This document shows positions 12,195 through 24,589 of a stretch of DNA of 64,000 nt, one piece after another (the first letter of the stretch is position 1; each line of letters starts with the position of its first letter). Origin of the DNA: Callorhinchus milii (taxonomy: Eukaryota). Location: contig NW_024704742.1 in the NCBI RefSeq assembly GCF_018977255.1, positions 117,058,001 to 117,122,000 of the forward strand. The letters are read 5' to 3'. The notes under the pieces were generated by a model, which did no database searches, had not been told where the DNA came from, and saw only the letters and a program-made list of their open reading frames with translations. Both the position numbers and the translations under genes were made by a program.

Positions 12195-13400
12195 GACTTG
12201 CTAAGGCAGTACCACTGCTTTGGGACATCTAAAAGTATGCTAAGAGGGCACAGGTTCAGAAATGCACAGGGCAATTTCGAGCCAAACACTAAAAAGTATT
12301 TCTTTACCCAGAGGGTTATTAATTACTAGCACAGTCGGCTTGACAATACTAACTCCCTGCTCACTGGACTTTCCAAATCATAGAATCATAGAATTATACA
12401 GCACAGAAGAAGGCCATTCGGCCCATCATGTCTGTGCCAGCTCTTCGAAAAGAGCTTCCAAATCAATCCCACTCCCCCGCTCTCTCCCCATAGCCCTACA
12501 AACTTGTCCTCCTTGAATAATTATCTCCTCTCTTAAAAGTTGTTATCGAATCGACTTCCACCACTCTTTCAGACAATGCATTCCAGATCCCAACAACTTG
12601 TTGTGTGAAAAAATGTCTCCTCACCTCCCCTTTGTTTCTTTTAACAACTATTTTAAATCGGTATCTTTGAGTTACCGACCCACCCACCAGTGGAAATAGT
12701 TCTCCTTGTTCACCCTATCGAATCACCTCATAATTTTAAAAATTTCTATTAAGTCTCCTCTTAACCTTCTCTGCTCCAAGGAGAATAATCCTAACTTCTC
12801 TAAACTCTCCTGATAACTGAAGTCCCTCATTCCTGGTACCATTCTGATCAATCTCCTTTGTATCCTCTCCAATGCCTTGACATCCTTGCTGAAGTGTGGT
12901 GCCCAAAACTGAACACAATATTCTAGCTGAGGCCTAACCAGTGTTTTATAAAGGTGTTTTATAAATCTTCCCTCCACAAGCTGCAGATTATTCAGAACTC
13001 TGCAGCTTGTGTCCTCTCCTGCACTAAACCCCTCCAACTTGCCCCCTCCCTTGCCTCCTTCAAAGCCTGTGTCAAGAACCTTCCCCTTCGACTGTGCCTT
13101 CAGTCATCTTCCCACCCCACCCCTTGCTTTCCACCCCATTTGATTCCAACCCCCAACTTGGCAAACCGCTCACTGTCCAGCACCTTGTCCTGCTGACATC
13201 AAAGACGCTACATAAAGGCAATTTGTTATTTTTGTAATAACTAGAACAGGTTACCAAGAAGGGTGGTTGAGGCCAGGTCGCTGAACTTATTTAAGAAAAG
13301 CTTGCTGCTGAACTTGGAGAACAGTAGACTGGGTGTTCTGGAAGGATGAGATGAAGTGGATCAAAAAGTCCTCTTTATTCAAACCTCTCGAGATCTTGTT
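12195..13400 (+). mobile_element. Old CR1 3' fragment (12195-12334 and 13235-13400) split by an L2 insertion (12335-13234)
   Basis: RGHRF...KKYFFTQRVIN on the left and ..PRRVVEARSLNLFKK on the right; imperfect 15-bp TSD taattactagcacag (12320) / taataactagaacag (13235). Confidence 0.75.
12380..12962 (-). mobile_element. CR1 LINE 3' fragment with (ATTCTATG)-type tail, inserted in an L2
   Basis: LYKTLVRPQLEYCVQFWAPH...LGLFSLEQRRLRGDLIE and HFFTQQVVGIWNAL; tail atagaatcatagaat; flanking aaatc duplication (12375 and 12963). Confidence 0.93.
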
Positions 13401-14147
13401 GGTTTACCCACCCAAAATCTGTTATTGCCTGTATCCCTACTCCCCAGCCACTTTCTCCACTCCACCAGCTCAGTATTACTTCTTCCCCCTGCAAGCTTCA
13501 CTCCGTGATTGATTTGTGAGTTGCCACTTGCACCACCCCTCCACCCCCCCACACGGATCTCTTCCTAAATCCCTCGGTTTCACCTCCTCTCACTCTGCTT
13601 TCATCTAAAAACATATCTCTTTGACTGTACTTTCAGACAACTCCCCCAACCCCTAGCTTGGGCTCTCAATCATTCTTTCTAAAGCACTTTGAGACATTTT
13701 CCCTATGTGAAAGGTGCTCACATAACCTTCCCAAGTTGAAAGTAGAACTGGTGGATTAATTGACAACCTCCAGGCTTATCCTTCAATCATCCGGCTGATC
13801 CTCCTGTGTGCAGGACAATTTACATTTGAAACCTTGAATAATTAAAGATGACACATTTGCTGAACCACTTGCTGAAGACAATTAAGAGTAAAAAACACAG
13901 CAGGTGAATTTCTCACCCCTTTGAAGGGAGTTATTTTGCAAATTCTTCTGAGTATGCATTGCCATTCAAACAGCTGGTAACTGAGGCTTGAAATTTACCT
14001 GGCCTACAACACCACTTGGCTTAAAATCTAGTACCTCCTCAAATTCTGGAAAATTCTTAAATTCAGTGGTAATTTTTTTGTAAATAAATATGGAAAGCCA
14101 GCTACTAAATTAAGAGTAAAGTTATTATTAATCATGATAATCATGAC

Positions 14148-16546
14148 ACACCCTCGCCTTCTATCCCTACTTGATCCTCCCACAATCTCCCTCTGTTCCA
14201 GCCTGGGAATCCTCCGCCGGGCTCACCGTGGCACTCGGCGTTGGCTGTCCAGTAGCAGCCACACCGACTGCCCCATTCCCCACCACACTCACCAGCCACC
14301 CCGGACACAGACCCGGGAAGCCAACCTCTCCTCCATCATCCCCATTTTCCCCACCCCTGCCTCACAACCTGGACTCCCCTCCCTCCCTACTCACCCTTCT
14401 GTCAACCGTTCCCTCCACATCGGACTACAAAATGTCCGCTCCCTCTGTAACAAGGCCCTGGTCATCAACGATCTCATCCTTGATGAGAGTGTTGACATCA
14501 TGACCTTAACGGAAACCTGGCTCACCCCAGGTGACACCTTCCCCCTCACGGAGGCCACAACACCCGGCTACACCTCCCACCACATCCCTCGCCCCAACCG
14601 CCGTGGCGGTGGTGTAGCCCTTATCTCAAGGACACCACTTGCCCTATCCCCCTACTCCTCTGGCTCTTTCCCCTCTTTTGAGCACCTCACCCTCTCCCAC
14701 TCCTCCTTCCTCTCACTCAAAATTCTCCTCCTCTACCGGCCCCCTAAAACCTCTCCCACCTCCATCTCCGATATTTCTACCCTACTAACATTTCTCTGCC
14801 TCTGCTCTGATCGCCTCATCATCCTGGGCGACTTCAACCTGCACTTCAGCCCCTCCTGCTCCATCTCCTCGGACTTCTCCTCCCTGCTCTCCTCGCTCAA
14901 CCTCTCCCTCCAGATCAACTCCACCACTCACAGTCAGGGCCACCCACTCGATTTGGTGATCACCCGGGGCCTCAGTGTCTCGGATGTCACCATTACCAAC
15001 AAGGCCGTCTCCGATCACCACATCATCTCCTTCACCAACTCCACCCCCCTCCCCACCTCCAGCAGACCCACCACCATCTTCTACCGCCCCTGGAAGAAGT
15101 TACCTCCACAATCCCTAACCGCTGCCATGGAGTACTCTGAACTCCTCTTCCTCTGGCCTTCAACCCTCACTGATCCCTCTTCTGCTCTCACCCTACTTCA
15201 CAACACCCTCTCCTCCACACTCGACACTCTTGCCCCCATCACTCCCGCACTGTCTCCTACTCTCGCTCCTTCCCCTGGTTCACCACCCACCTCCGCTCAC
15301 TGAAGAGCCAGGTGTGGGCCGCTGAACACACTTGCCTCAAATCTGGCCTAACGGTCCACCGACAAATCTGGCTGGACCTCCTCAAAATCTACCGCTCCAC
15401 TCTAGCCTCGGCCAAGTCGTCCTTCTACTCCAGGATAATCCTGGAGGCGAAGAACAACCCCAGGCTTCTGTTCTCTACCACATCCCGACTCCTCTGTTCC
15501 CCCGCCACCCCGCGCAGGTCATCTCCTCCAACCCTCACTGCGAGGAGATGATGGATTTCCTTGAATCCCAAATCAAGGGAATCCGCTCCGCGGTCACTGC
15601 CCCTCCAACTTCCATCTACCCCCCACCCCTTTCCTCCCACACTCCGACGCCTACCCATCCTCCCTTACACACCTTCGAACCCGTTTCCCCACCCTCTGTC
15701 ACCAACCTCATCCTGTCCCTGAAACCCACCACCTGCTCCCTTGACCCCATCCCCACTCCACTCCTTATCTCCCAGCTCCACCTCCTTGCCCCACTTCACA
15801 CACATCAACCTGTCCCTCTCCTCTGGCTCTGTTCCCATTCTCCTTAAAACTGCCACCATCACTCCTACTTTGAAAAAATCCTCCCTTGATGCGTCGCAGC
15901 TATCAAGTTACTGGTCCCTTCTCCAACCTCCCCTTCCTGTCCAAGGTTCTTGAAAGAGTTGTCGCCTCCCAGTTGCGCTCTTTCCTCTCCACCCATTCAT
16001 TATTCAAACCCCTTCAGTCGGGTTTCCGTGCTACCCATAGCACAGAATCCGCCCTGGTCAAGGTCACCAATGACATCCTGACCATCTGCGACCAGGGTTC
16101 CCTCTGCCTCCTTGTCCTCCTCGACCTATCAGCCACATTCGATACGGTCGACCATGCTATCCTCCTCCACCGCTTGTCCTCCCACCTCAACCTTCAAGGC
16201 CCTGTCCTTGAGTGGTTTAGGTCGTACCTCTCCCACCGTCTTCATTTGTGGAGTCCTGTAGCTCAGTGGTTAGAGCACTCGCTTTGCAAGCGAGAGACCT
16301 GAGTTCAATTCCAGGCAGAGGGCAAAATCTTGGGCAAGTTTCCTTACTCCACATGCCTAATAATAATCCCTCCAAAAACAATAATAAATTGGTCATTTTC
16401 AATCTACGACTGTTTGTGGGACATTGCTGTGCGCAATTGGCTGCCGCGTTCGCCCACAAATATACAGTCAATTCACTTTACAGTGTGTTCTGTGAAGCGC
16501 TTTGGGACGTCCTCCCGACGTGAAAAGCGCTATATCAAATGCAAGG

Positions 16547-16582
<36 letters not shown>

Positions 16583-17724
16583 TTGTTTCCACAAACGGCT
16601 TTTCCTCCAGCCCCCGCACTGTGTCGTGCGGTGTCCCTCAGGGCTCTGTCCTCGGTCCCCTCCTCTTCACCCTCTATATGCTCCCCCTCGGTGACATCAT
16701 CCACAGACTTGGGGTTAACTTCCACATGTATGCGGATGACACCCAACTCTACCTTTCCTCCTCTACCCTCAACTCCACGACCACCGATGTCCTGACAGCT
16801 GCCTGTCTGACATCGAGTCCTGGACGAGAGACAACGTTCTTCAGCTCAACGTGCGCAAAACCAAGGCCCTCCTGATTGGCTCGCTTCAGCGCCTCCGCAC
16901 CTCAGGCGCTGACAGCATCAGCATCCAAGGCTGCACTCTCCACCTCTCAAAGCCAGTCAGGAACCTCGGGGTTCTGTTCGACCCTGAGCTGTCCTTTCTT
17001 CCTCATATCCGCGCCACAACTGGCACCGGCTTTCATCACCTCCGGAACATCGCCAGACTATGGCACTACCTCACCCCTCACGCTGCTGAAACTCTGGTCC
17101 ACGCCTTTATCACCTCAAGGCTGGACTATGGGAACTCTCTCCTCGCCGGCCTTCCCGGCACCTCCCTCCACAAGCTGCAGGTCATTCAGAACTCTGCAGC
17201 TCGTGTACTGTCCCGCACCAGGCTTCGGGACCACATCACTCCCACCCTCGCTCGCCTCCACTGGCTCCCCATCCCCCAGAGGATCGAATTCAAGATCCTC
17301 ATCCTCAACTACAAGGCCATTCACGGCCTTACTCCCTCTTACCTCTTCGACCTACTATCCCCCTACTTACCTGCCCATACCCTCCGTTCCTCTGGCTCCG
17401 GTCTGCTCCACATCCCCCGCCCCAACCGCCCTGCCGTTGGTGGCCGGGCCTTCAGCCTCTCAGCCCCTAGGCTCTGGAACTCCATCCCCCAGTGCCTTCG
17501 CCTTGCTTCCTCCCTTTCCTCCTTCAAGGCCGGTCTCAAGACCTTTCTCTTTGACCGTGCCTTCAGCTCCCCTCTCGACTCTCTACCCCCTCCTCGCTCC
17601 CTCCCTTCCCTCCCCTCACCCTGACCATTTCCCCCCTGCTCGGGTCCTGACCCAACTGTCCAGCGCCTTGGGACGTCCTCCCGACATGAAAGGCACTCTA
17701 TAAATGAAATCTTGTTGTTGTTGA
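14148..17724 (+). mobile_element. Near-full-length L2-clade LINE (APE endonuclease plus reverse transcriptase), inactivated by frameshifts and a SINE insertion
   Basis: Endonuclease motifs GLQNVRSL, LTETWL, RRGGGVAL, LYRPP, ILGDFNLH, THSQGHPLDL and SDHH. RT motifs [37 protein letters not shown] and YADD. Stop at 17624, then a 3' stem-loop and (TTG)n tail. Confidence 0.97.
16250..16581 (+). mobile_element. Full-length tRNA-derived SINE (short subfamily) inserted in the L2 RT domain
   Basis: A box tagctcagtgg and B box gagttcaattcc; anticodon-like arm ctcgc-tttgcaa-gcgag; long (TTA)n tail; TSD tttgt (16245-16249 and 16582-16586). Confidence 0.96.
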
Positions 17725-18296
17725 TGATAATCCTTGCATTTGACGTAGCATCTTTCATGTCAGGAAGATGGCTCAAAGTACTTTGTAGGATTTATTGTAA
17801 AGTGTAGTGACTGTATTTTACAGATCAACACAAATTTAAGAATTCTCTACAATTTTCTGGATGATCCTAAATTTAAAAACCAAAGCAGACCCACAGACTA
17901 AGACAACAACAACAACAACAATAACAACTTGCCTGAAAGCACGGCTGCTAGTGGTGGAGTGGAGAGAACTAGAGACATGCAGGAGGCTGAATGATGCTGG
18001 AACGTAGAGGAGTAGGGTGTAAGTAGATCAGAGAGGTGATCAGACTCAGTGGAATTTCAGGCCTGCATTTTTTNGAAATAGAATATACTCTTTACAAACA
18101 GAGTACCTGATGAACAACAACCTAGGATGGCATGTCTGAGCTTTTTCAGTTGGATTTGGGAGCAACTGTTATTCACAATTTGTGGATTATTTCCACAGCA
18201 ATTTGATGATGTTCCTTCAGTAAGGAACAGGATGTGTTTATGAATGCCAAAATTGTGACGCCAATAAAGACATTCCTCTGAAACTAACACACACGG

Positions 18297-19085
18297 TGAA
18301 ACAACAGCAAATTGCATTTATATAGCACCTTTCACATCGAGAGGACGTCACAAGGTGCTGAATAGTGAAGGATTTACACTCGAACTAGGGATTGGAATCA
18401 GTATGGGTGAAGGATAAAGGGGTAAAATGACCAAAGGCACAGTCGAAGAGGAAGGTCTTTAGATGGACCTTCAAGGAGTCAAGGGGGACAGGATGTATGG
18501 GCTCTGGAATGGAGGTCCAAGGAAGGGCTGAACCCGGAACGCCAATGGTGGGGTAGGCAAGGAGCGCGACTTGGAGCAAGCTAATGCCTGCCAAGTGGAG
18601 GGAGTGGACAGATTAGTCAAGGTTTAGTAGGTCAAAGAGTTTGGGAGGAGCAAGACCATGGAGGGCTTGAAAGGTAAGGATTTTGTGTTTGATCCTCTGG
18701 GGAATGGGGAGCCAGTGAAGCCAAACAATGATGGGGGTGACTGGGTCACGGGAAAGGACATGAGCAGCAGAGTTCTGAATAATCTGCGGCTTGTGGAGGG
18801 AAGAGTTGGGAAGTCAGATGAGCTGCGAGTTAGTGTAGTCAAGCCTGCATGTAATGAAGTGAGAGTCTCAACAGCCTGGGAGAGATAATGGTGGAGGCAG
18901 ACAATGTTGTGGAGGTGGGTGAAGGTACAATGTGTTATGGCACAGATGTGGGGTTTAAAATACAGTTGAGGCTCAAACAAGACACCAGGCTTCGTGAGGT
19001 GGAGAATGCATCCATGAATAGTGATGCGGTCAGTGCCTGAGATGGGAAGGCATTGACTGGAGCCAAACAGGAGGACCTGGTGCTT
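18297..19085 (-). mobile_element. Degenerate L2 3' fragment
   Basis: FEPQLYFKPHI, HLHNIVCLHHYL and LKTFLFDCAF; tail at 18297-18330. Confidence 0.88.
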
Positions 19086-19539
19086 ATTGACAGGAATACT
19101 TAAGCATTAACAATTAGATTGCAACAAAGGCTGTAATAAAAAATAGATTAAACCCTTCTACCAAAGATGTTCTTCTTCCTGACAGAATTCTATTCCAGAA
19201 CAATATCTTCAGTTAAAAATTTTAAGTATTATAAGACACTTGGGATGGTATTTAATAGTAACTGCTCCCTTGTTGCTACTTGTGGGAAAATAAAAAGCAT
19301 CAACTATATTCCAGGGACAAAGATCTTTCTGTTGAAGGATAAATAGTGGATTTATCAGAATTTTGCCGTGTGTAAACCACTGGGTCCATTCATATAATGC
19401 TGGTTTAAATGTTTATTATGTTAAACAGAAGTTGCTTACAGAATAAATAACATGGTGAGCAGCCCACAAGACATTTCTCACCAAGGTAATGTTACCAGCT
19501 GTCTCTCACAAAGGATCTAAGATCGCTCCAGTTAATTAT

Positions 19540-20137
19540 TGTTAAAATTAACATAAGTGATAGCACGAGAACTGCAATAAGACCCTCAAAACCAATGTTG
19601 CTTTATGAGATTAAATGGATTACAACAAAACTGAATTTAGATTTCAAGATATCATTTAATGCGTGATACAGAAAGCTATTGATAGAGGAAAAAGATGTTA
19701 TGGTATGTTTAATTGTAAATCGTAGCTTGTGCCCTGGCCTATTGCTGTGTAGACGCCTTTAAGCAGACATAAGTAAGTAGGTTAGACTTGTTATTGTAGA
19801 ATTCCATTATCTGAAGGCCACAGTGTAAGGAACGGCGGGTGATAACATAGAAATGGCCTTCTAGCAAAACTGCAAGAAGTGTGGGAACGCATGCAGCAAA
19901 CCTGATTGGTCTGTAAGGATTAACACCCCTTCTCTTTCCTTTGTGTACTCCTGTATAAAACTTATTGGTACCGAAGAAGAGGATCTTTTGTCTGACAGGG
20001 AGACATTAGATCCTATTTGTATACAGGAACAATTGTGTGCTCCTGTATACAAGTAGAAATAAAAACCCATTCTTTGTTTCTTAAGTTTACTTGTATCAGA
20101 TTTTTTCTCTCCAAATACTTAATTCGCGGATCTAACA
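19540..20137 (+). mobile_element. Probable solo LTR (ERV or LTR retrotransposon)
   Basis: TGTTA...TAACA termini with near-TSD ttat/ctat; ordered ATTGG (~19905), TATAAAA (19954), two stem-loops (19980-20056) and AATAAA (20058). The 5' boundary is uncertain (alternative TGTTA near 19697). Confidence 0.6.
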
Positions 20138-20564
20138 CTATCACCATCACACTGATCACCTCTATATAAATCTGAGTAACTGCTCTAACAATGGATCCTA
20201 TCAAGGCTTGTGACATTACATATGTGGTTCCACAAAATAAATGAGAGAAAGGTTGACCTTTGTAGTACAGGTCATATTCTTTCAATAATCTATGTGGAAA
20301 CCTATGACTCCCTCAAATTGCTTTGCCTTGTTATATTGAACTGTACAGTCTTAAATTGTCATGTAACACCATTGTAACTTTACATTGTAACTTTAATAAC
20401 AAGTGTTAATTTAGTTTGCGACACTTAGTGAATTTAATTGCTGATTAACCTCTGCAGCAACTACTTACACATGTTTACATATGTTTCTATTGGCCATGAA
20501 TGAGATTACAGGTCACAGAGAAAGAACATTCATTGGTAACATAATAAACCTATGGATTCACCCT

Positions 20565-20845
20565 TCAGATGAGATGTTAAACTGAGGTAATGTCTGCCTG
20601 TTCAGGTTCACGTTAGCAATCCTATAGCACCATTGAAAAAGAGAAGAGGCTGATCTCCTGATGTTCTGGCCAACAATGCCCCAGATTAAATTGGTCATTT
20701 CATGACTCTTTGGGAGTCAATGCTGTGTGCAAATTGGCTGCCATATTCGCCTATAAAATACACAGTTATTACACTTTACAGTAAATCCTGTGAAGCACTT
20801 TGAGACATCATCCAAAATTGCAAGACCCTATATCAAATGCAAATA
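20565..20845 (+). mobile_element. Deu-domain SINE relic
   Basis: gatgagatgttaaactgagg...ctggccaacaat...tgctgtgtgcaaattggctgcc...tatatcaaatgcaa. Confidence 0.75.
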
Positions 20846-21111
20846 ATATGCCTGACCTATTGAGTGTACCCAGTGACTTCTGTATTTGTTGATGTTAAGA
20901 CCATTGATTATTGGCACTTGGGATAAAAATCATTGATAAATAAACAATACTTATTTTTATTCCAATAATTAATTATTAATGGTCTTAACCTGTTAGCAAA
21001 TTGTATATCTATTACATTGCTCTAAGTGCCAATTAACTGCTTACACAACTTAAGATGCTAATTGTAACACCATTGCAAGTCAACATGTGTGCTTCTTTTG
21101 CACACAACATA

Positions 21112-21436
21112 AATAATAATGATAATAATAATCCTTGCATTTGATATAGAGGCTTTTCATGTCTTCTAGACGTCCCAAAGCGCTTCACAGAATATACTGT
21201 AAAGTGAATTGACTGTATATTTGTGGGCGAATGCGGCAGCCAATTGTGCACAGCAATGTCCCACAAACAGTCATGGATTGAAAATGACCAATTTATTATT
21301 GTTTTTGTTTTTTTGGAGGGATTATTATAAGGCGTGTGGAGTAAGGAAACTTGCCCAAGGTTTCGCCCTGCCTGGAATTGAACTCAGGTCTCTCACTTGC
21401 AAAGCGAGTGCTCTAACCATTGAGCTACATTACTCC
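21112..21436 (-). mobile_element. Full-length tRNA-derived SINE (short subfamily); an extra head fragment lies at 21522-21578
   Basis: Reverse complement of the same consensus as 16250-16581. Confidence 0.95.
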
Positions 21437-23616
21437 AATGTGAATGAAATATACATAACGGAGCAATTTAAACTTGCTTTATGCTATAACCTTTCTGGAG
21501 CATAGGATATTTACAACTTACATCGAACGCAGGTCTCTCGCTTGTGAGGCGAGTGCTCTAACCACTGAGCTACAGGATTGCACAAGTCAGATGGGTCAGA
21601 TGAGCATTGTCCTTACACCTCTGGGACCCAACTTTGATTTCAGTGGAAACATATGGTGAAAATAAGTCTCATCTTTGTGGCAGCTGCTAAGCATCTTTTG
21701 TGACATGAGTTCGGCCGATCAGTATTAGCCTCTGTTGGATTTGCATATATCTGGATTTGACAGGGTATCTTCCGAGCGATAGAAATAAGAAATTAAGATG
21801 ATTTTCCAAAGGAAGAAAATAGCTGTCATATTCTAAGTTGTTGCTGAAGCTAATTATCATGTTGTGCATTTGATCTGTGCAGGTACATCAGTTCTGCAGT
21901 AGATTACTGATGGATGGCTTGTCTGCTCTTTGTTCCTACAATAACTGCACATTCAGTGTGCGTGAAAACCATGAAATCATGATAGACATAGGAAACCTCT
22001 TCCTCTCTTAAATGTCAAGCAATGTAATTAACCTTGTCTTAACCTTATTTCCCTTGAAAATTCAGACTATTGAGCGTGCTGGCACTTACAGTACTGCAGT
22101 GTTTCTCAGCAGCCATTGACCAGCTAGCTCGACAGCTCCCCTTTCCTGATGCTTGCTGTAAATTGGAGTTTGTCAGCAGGACCACATTAGCATTACAAAA
22201 ACGAAGAGTCCATTATTTTGCAGCGCGCTGGTTAGTTGCAATGTTTTACTGCTTCCTCAGAGGCACATCAGCTGCGGGTGGAACAACTTATACGTCCAGG
22301 GAAGAGAATCGGTTTGTAAAAAATTGCCCACAATTTCATTTAAATTCCGATCGCACAAAACAGAGGATGATACAAAGGGGTAACAGCGCTAGAACATGCT
22401 GACTTCAATAATACTACACACTGTGCAGAGACAGTCAGGAGCTAAACGCCCACTCACACAGTTCTTCCACCCACGGTGAGGAGGTGGGGGGAGCAAGAAG
22501 GCGTTTCTCTGAATCACTTGACCAGAAAATTAATTGCGTGGTGCAATGGCACATTCTCCTAAATTCATTGCTGATCAGAACAGTTCTTCCCAGTCTGTCA
22601 GTGGGCAGATTAAAGGTGCAGATTAAGCTCTCCAAGACGCCGTCCGGTGTGAAGGCAGCTATATAAATGCAAGTTGTTATTGTTGTTGCATCCAGACTGA
22701 GCTGCACTGAGACCACTTTTCTTACAGATAAATATCATAGTAGAATCAGTTTTTTTTCAAACTATGCACCATGCAGCTTGGTGCTAATGTAATAACAGCA
22801 TGATTTTAATGTTGACAGTGTGGTGGTGTGACAATTGTAATGATCATTAGTCTGCTGACAGGACTGAACTGCACATATTAATACAAGTGATTCTGCTGAA
22901 AATATGTTCATGGGAGCCACATAGGAAGGTTCCGCGCTCTGGGATGCTATTCTGTATGAGGGGCACTAGATAAATGCAATTTGTCTATCATGCTGCCAAA
23001 GCAATACTTTAATATTTCATCAATGTGGAGAGCTTGGATATTTTCCCTCCTTAACCTGAAGGTTCACTTTCTTAACATGAGTCATGTTGAGCAGCAGTGC
23101 AGCTGTTGCGTTGTTTCCCAAGGCTATTTTATCGTGTTTGCTGGGGAATATTTAATGGATGGTGGCATACAAAGATAAGCACCAAGGCAATGATTTATTT
23201 ATTCTCCAATGCAACAAATCCAAGTGTGGGTGATTGTTAAATTGTGTTTGCATTTATGTTCAGGTGAGATTGCCATTCTTCTTAACTGCAAAGCTTATTG
23301 CCCAGCTTTACCTCAAACAAAATCTGGTGTGTGGCTTTCAAAGATATTTTTTATTTTAATCTTGGCATAAATAATAATAATAATCCTTACATTAGGATAT
23401 ACTGTTAATAATCACTTGCGAGGCACTCTGTGCCTCTGCTTACCTGGCATTGAGTAGGAACCAAGTTGTTAGTCAATTGGCAGATGCTTTTCCGGGATAA
23501 TAATCCCTAAAAAAAATCAATTCACGACTATTTGTGGAAATTGCTGTACGCAATTGGCTTGAACTCCCAACCTCATGATTTAGAGGTAAGACTCTGAGCC
23601 AATCTGACTTTGAGTG

Positions 23617-23845
23617 CATAAGAACACATAAATATAGGAGTAGGTGGAAGTCATGTAACTCATTGTTCCTGTTCTGCCACTTTATTAAATAACGTTGCAC
23701 CGTTTATCCCATTTTTTATGCTTTCTCTATATTCCTTTATGCCTGAACTTCCCACGTAATCTATCAATCTCCCTTTTAAACATCTGAATTGATTCTGCAT
23801 TTATGTCCCTCTGTGTCAGTCCATTCCATATATTTATAACCTTTG
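23617..23845 (-). mobile_element. CR1 3' fragment
   Basis: cataagaacacataa tail; ctatcaatctcccttttaaa...ccattcca. Confidence 0.7.
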
Positions 23846-23944
23846 TATCTCAGTTCTGACAATCTCAACTTTAATTGAGGTTCATCTAAGTGAATTGTGT
23901 TGTACATCAAGAGTACATCACCTATATCAATTGTAGATGTCAAC

Positions 23945-24528
23945 ATGGCTGAGTTGGTAGCACTCTCATCTATGAGTCCAGCCCTGGGGACGTCCTCCTG
24001 ATGTGAAAGGCATTATAGAAATGCAATTTGTTGTTGCTGAGTCAAAAGGTTTTAGGTTCAGACTCCATGTTAGGTCTTAGAGTTTATAGTCTGGATGATA
24101 TCTAGTGTGCTGCTGGGGGAGCGGTGCATTGTCAGAGGTACCATCCTTTGGAGGCCCACTCATGGTCACCAACACTTGGTCCGCAGGCCAGATGTAGCCT
24201 GCATGGCCATCAAGAAGTAGCCAGCCAAACATTCATACTAGTCTAGGTGAGTCTGTTTTAAATCAATGTTTGCAGTAGCTACTCAGTGGTGATGTTTGTG
24301 GTGTGACCATAAATCAAGAAATATTCAATCAAGAAAAGTTATCTGGTTAGTCAACAAAAAAGGTTGGCCATCACTGCATTAAAGAAAATTCCTGCCTGCC
24401 TTTCATGTGGACATTCAAAAAGAGAAGGGAGTTTGTCATGCACCAATCTTCCAGATAAAAACGGTCATGCACTTCATGGCTAAGAAGCACTTGAGACATT
24501 TTGACACTGTGATAAGATGCTATATCAA
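23945..24528 (+). mobile_element. Deu-domain SINE relic interrupted by an L2 stub (23979-24037) and a hAT-like MITE
   Basis: Head ggctgagttggtagcactctc; Deu motif gtgcattgtcagaggtaccatcctttgga; the SINE resumes after 24376. Confidence 0.7.
24160..24376. mobile_element. Non-autonomous hAT (Charlie-like) DNA transposon remnant
   Basis: Right end aggttggccatcactg (reverse complement CAGTGATGGCCAACCT); left end catggtcaccaac; internal ggtccgcaggccagatgtagcc. No 8-bp TSD could be resolved. Confidence 0.55.
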
Positions 24529-24589
24529 CAATAATTCACATTTATATGGTGCAGTTCACATTGGGAAGCCATCTCAAGGTGCTTCACAC

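Noticed and set aside
16250..16322. tRNA-Ala(TGC)-like gene (also at 39371, 45892, 21436 and others)
   Set aside because: The D, anticodon and T arms are present but the acceptor stem does not pair. The anticodon varies among copies, and each continues into a SINE body.
14134..17624. Functional endonuclease/RT gene or domesticated RT
   Set aside because: It is broken by several frameshifts and a SINE insertion, so it is a dead L2 copy.
18074..18074. Ambiguous base N (also at 39901)
   Set aside because: Both follow poly-T runs and reflect assembly uncertainty, not biology.
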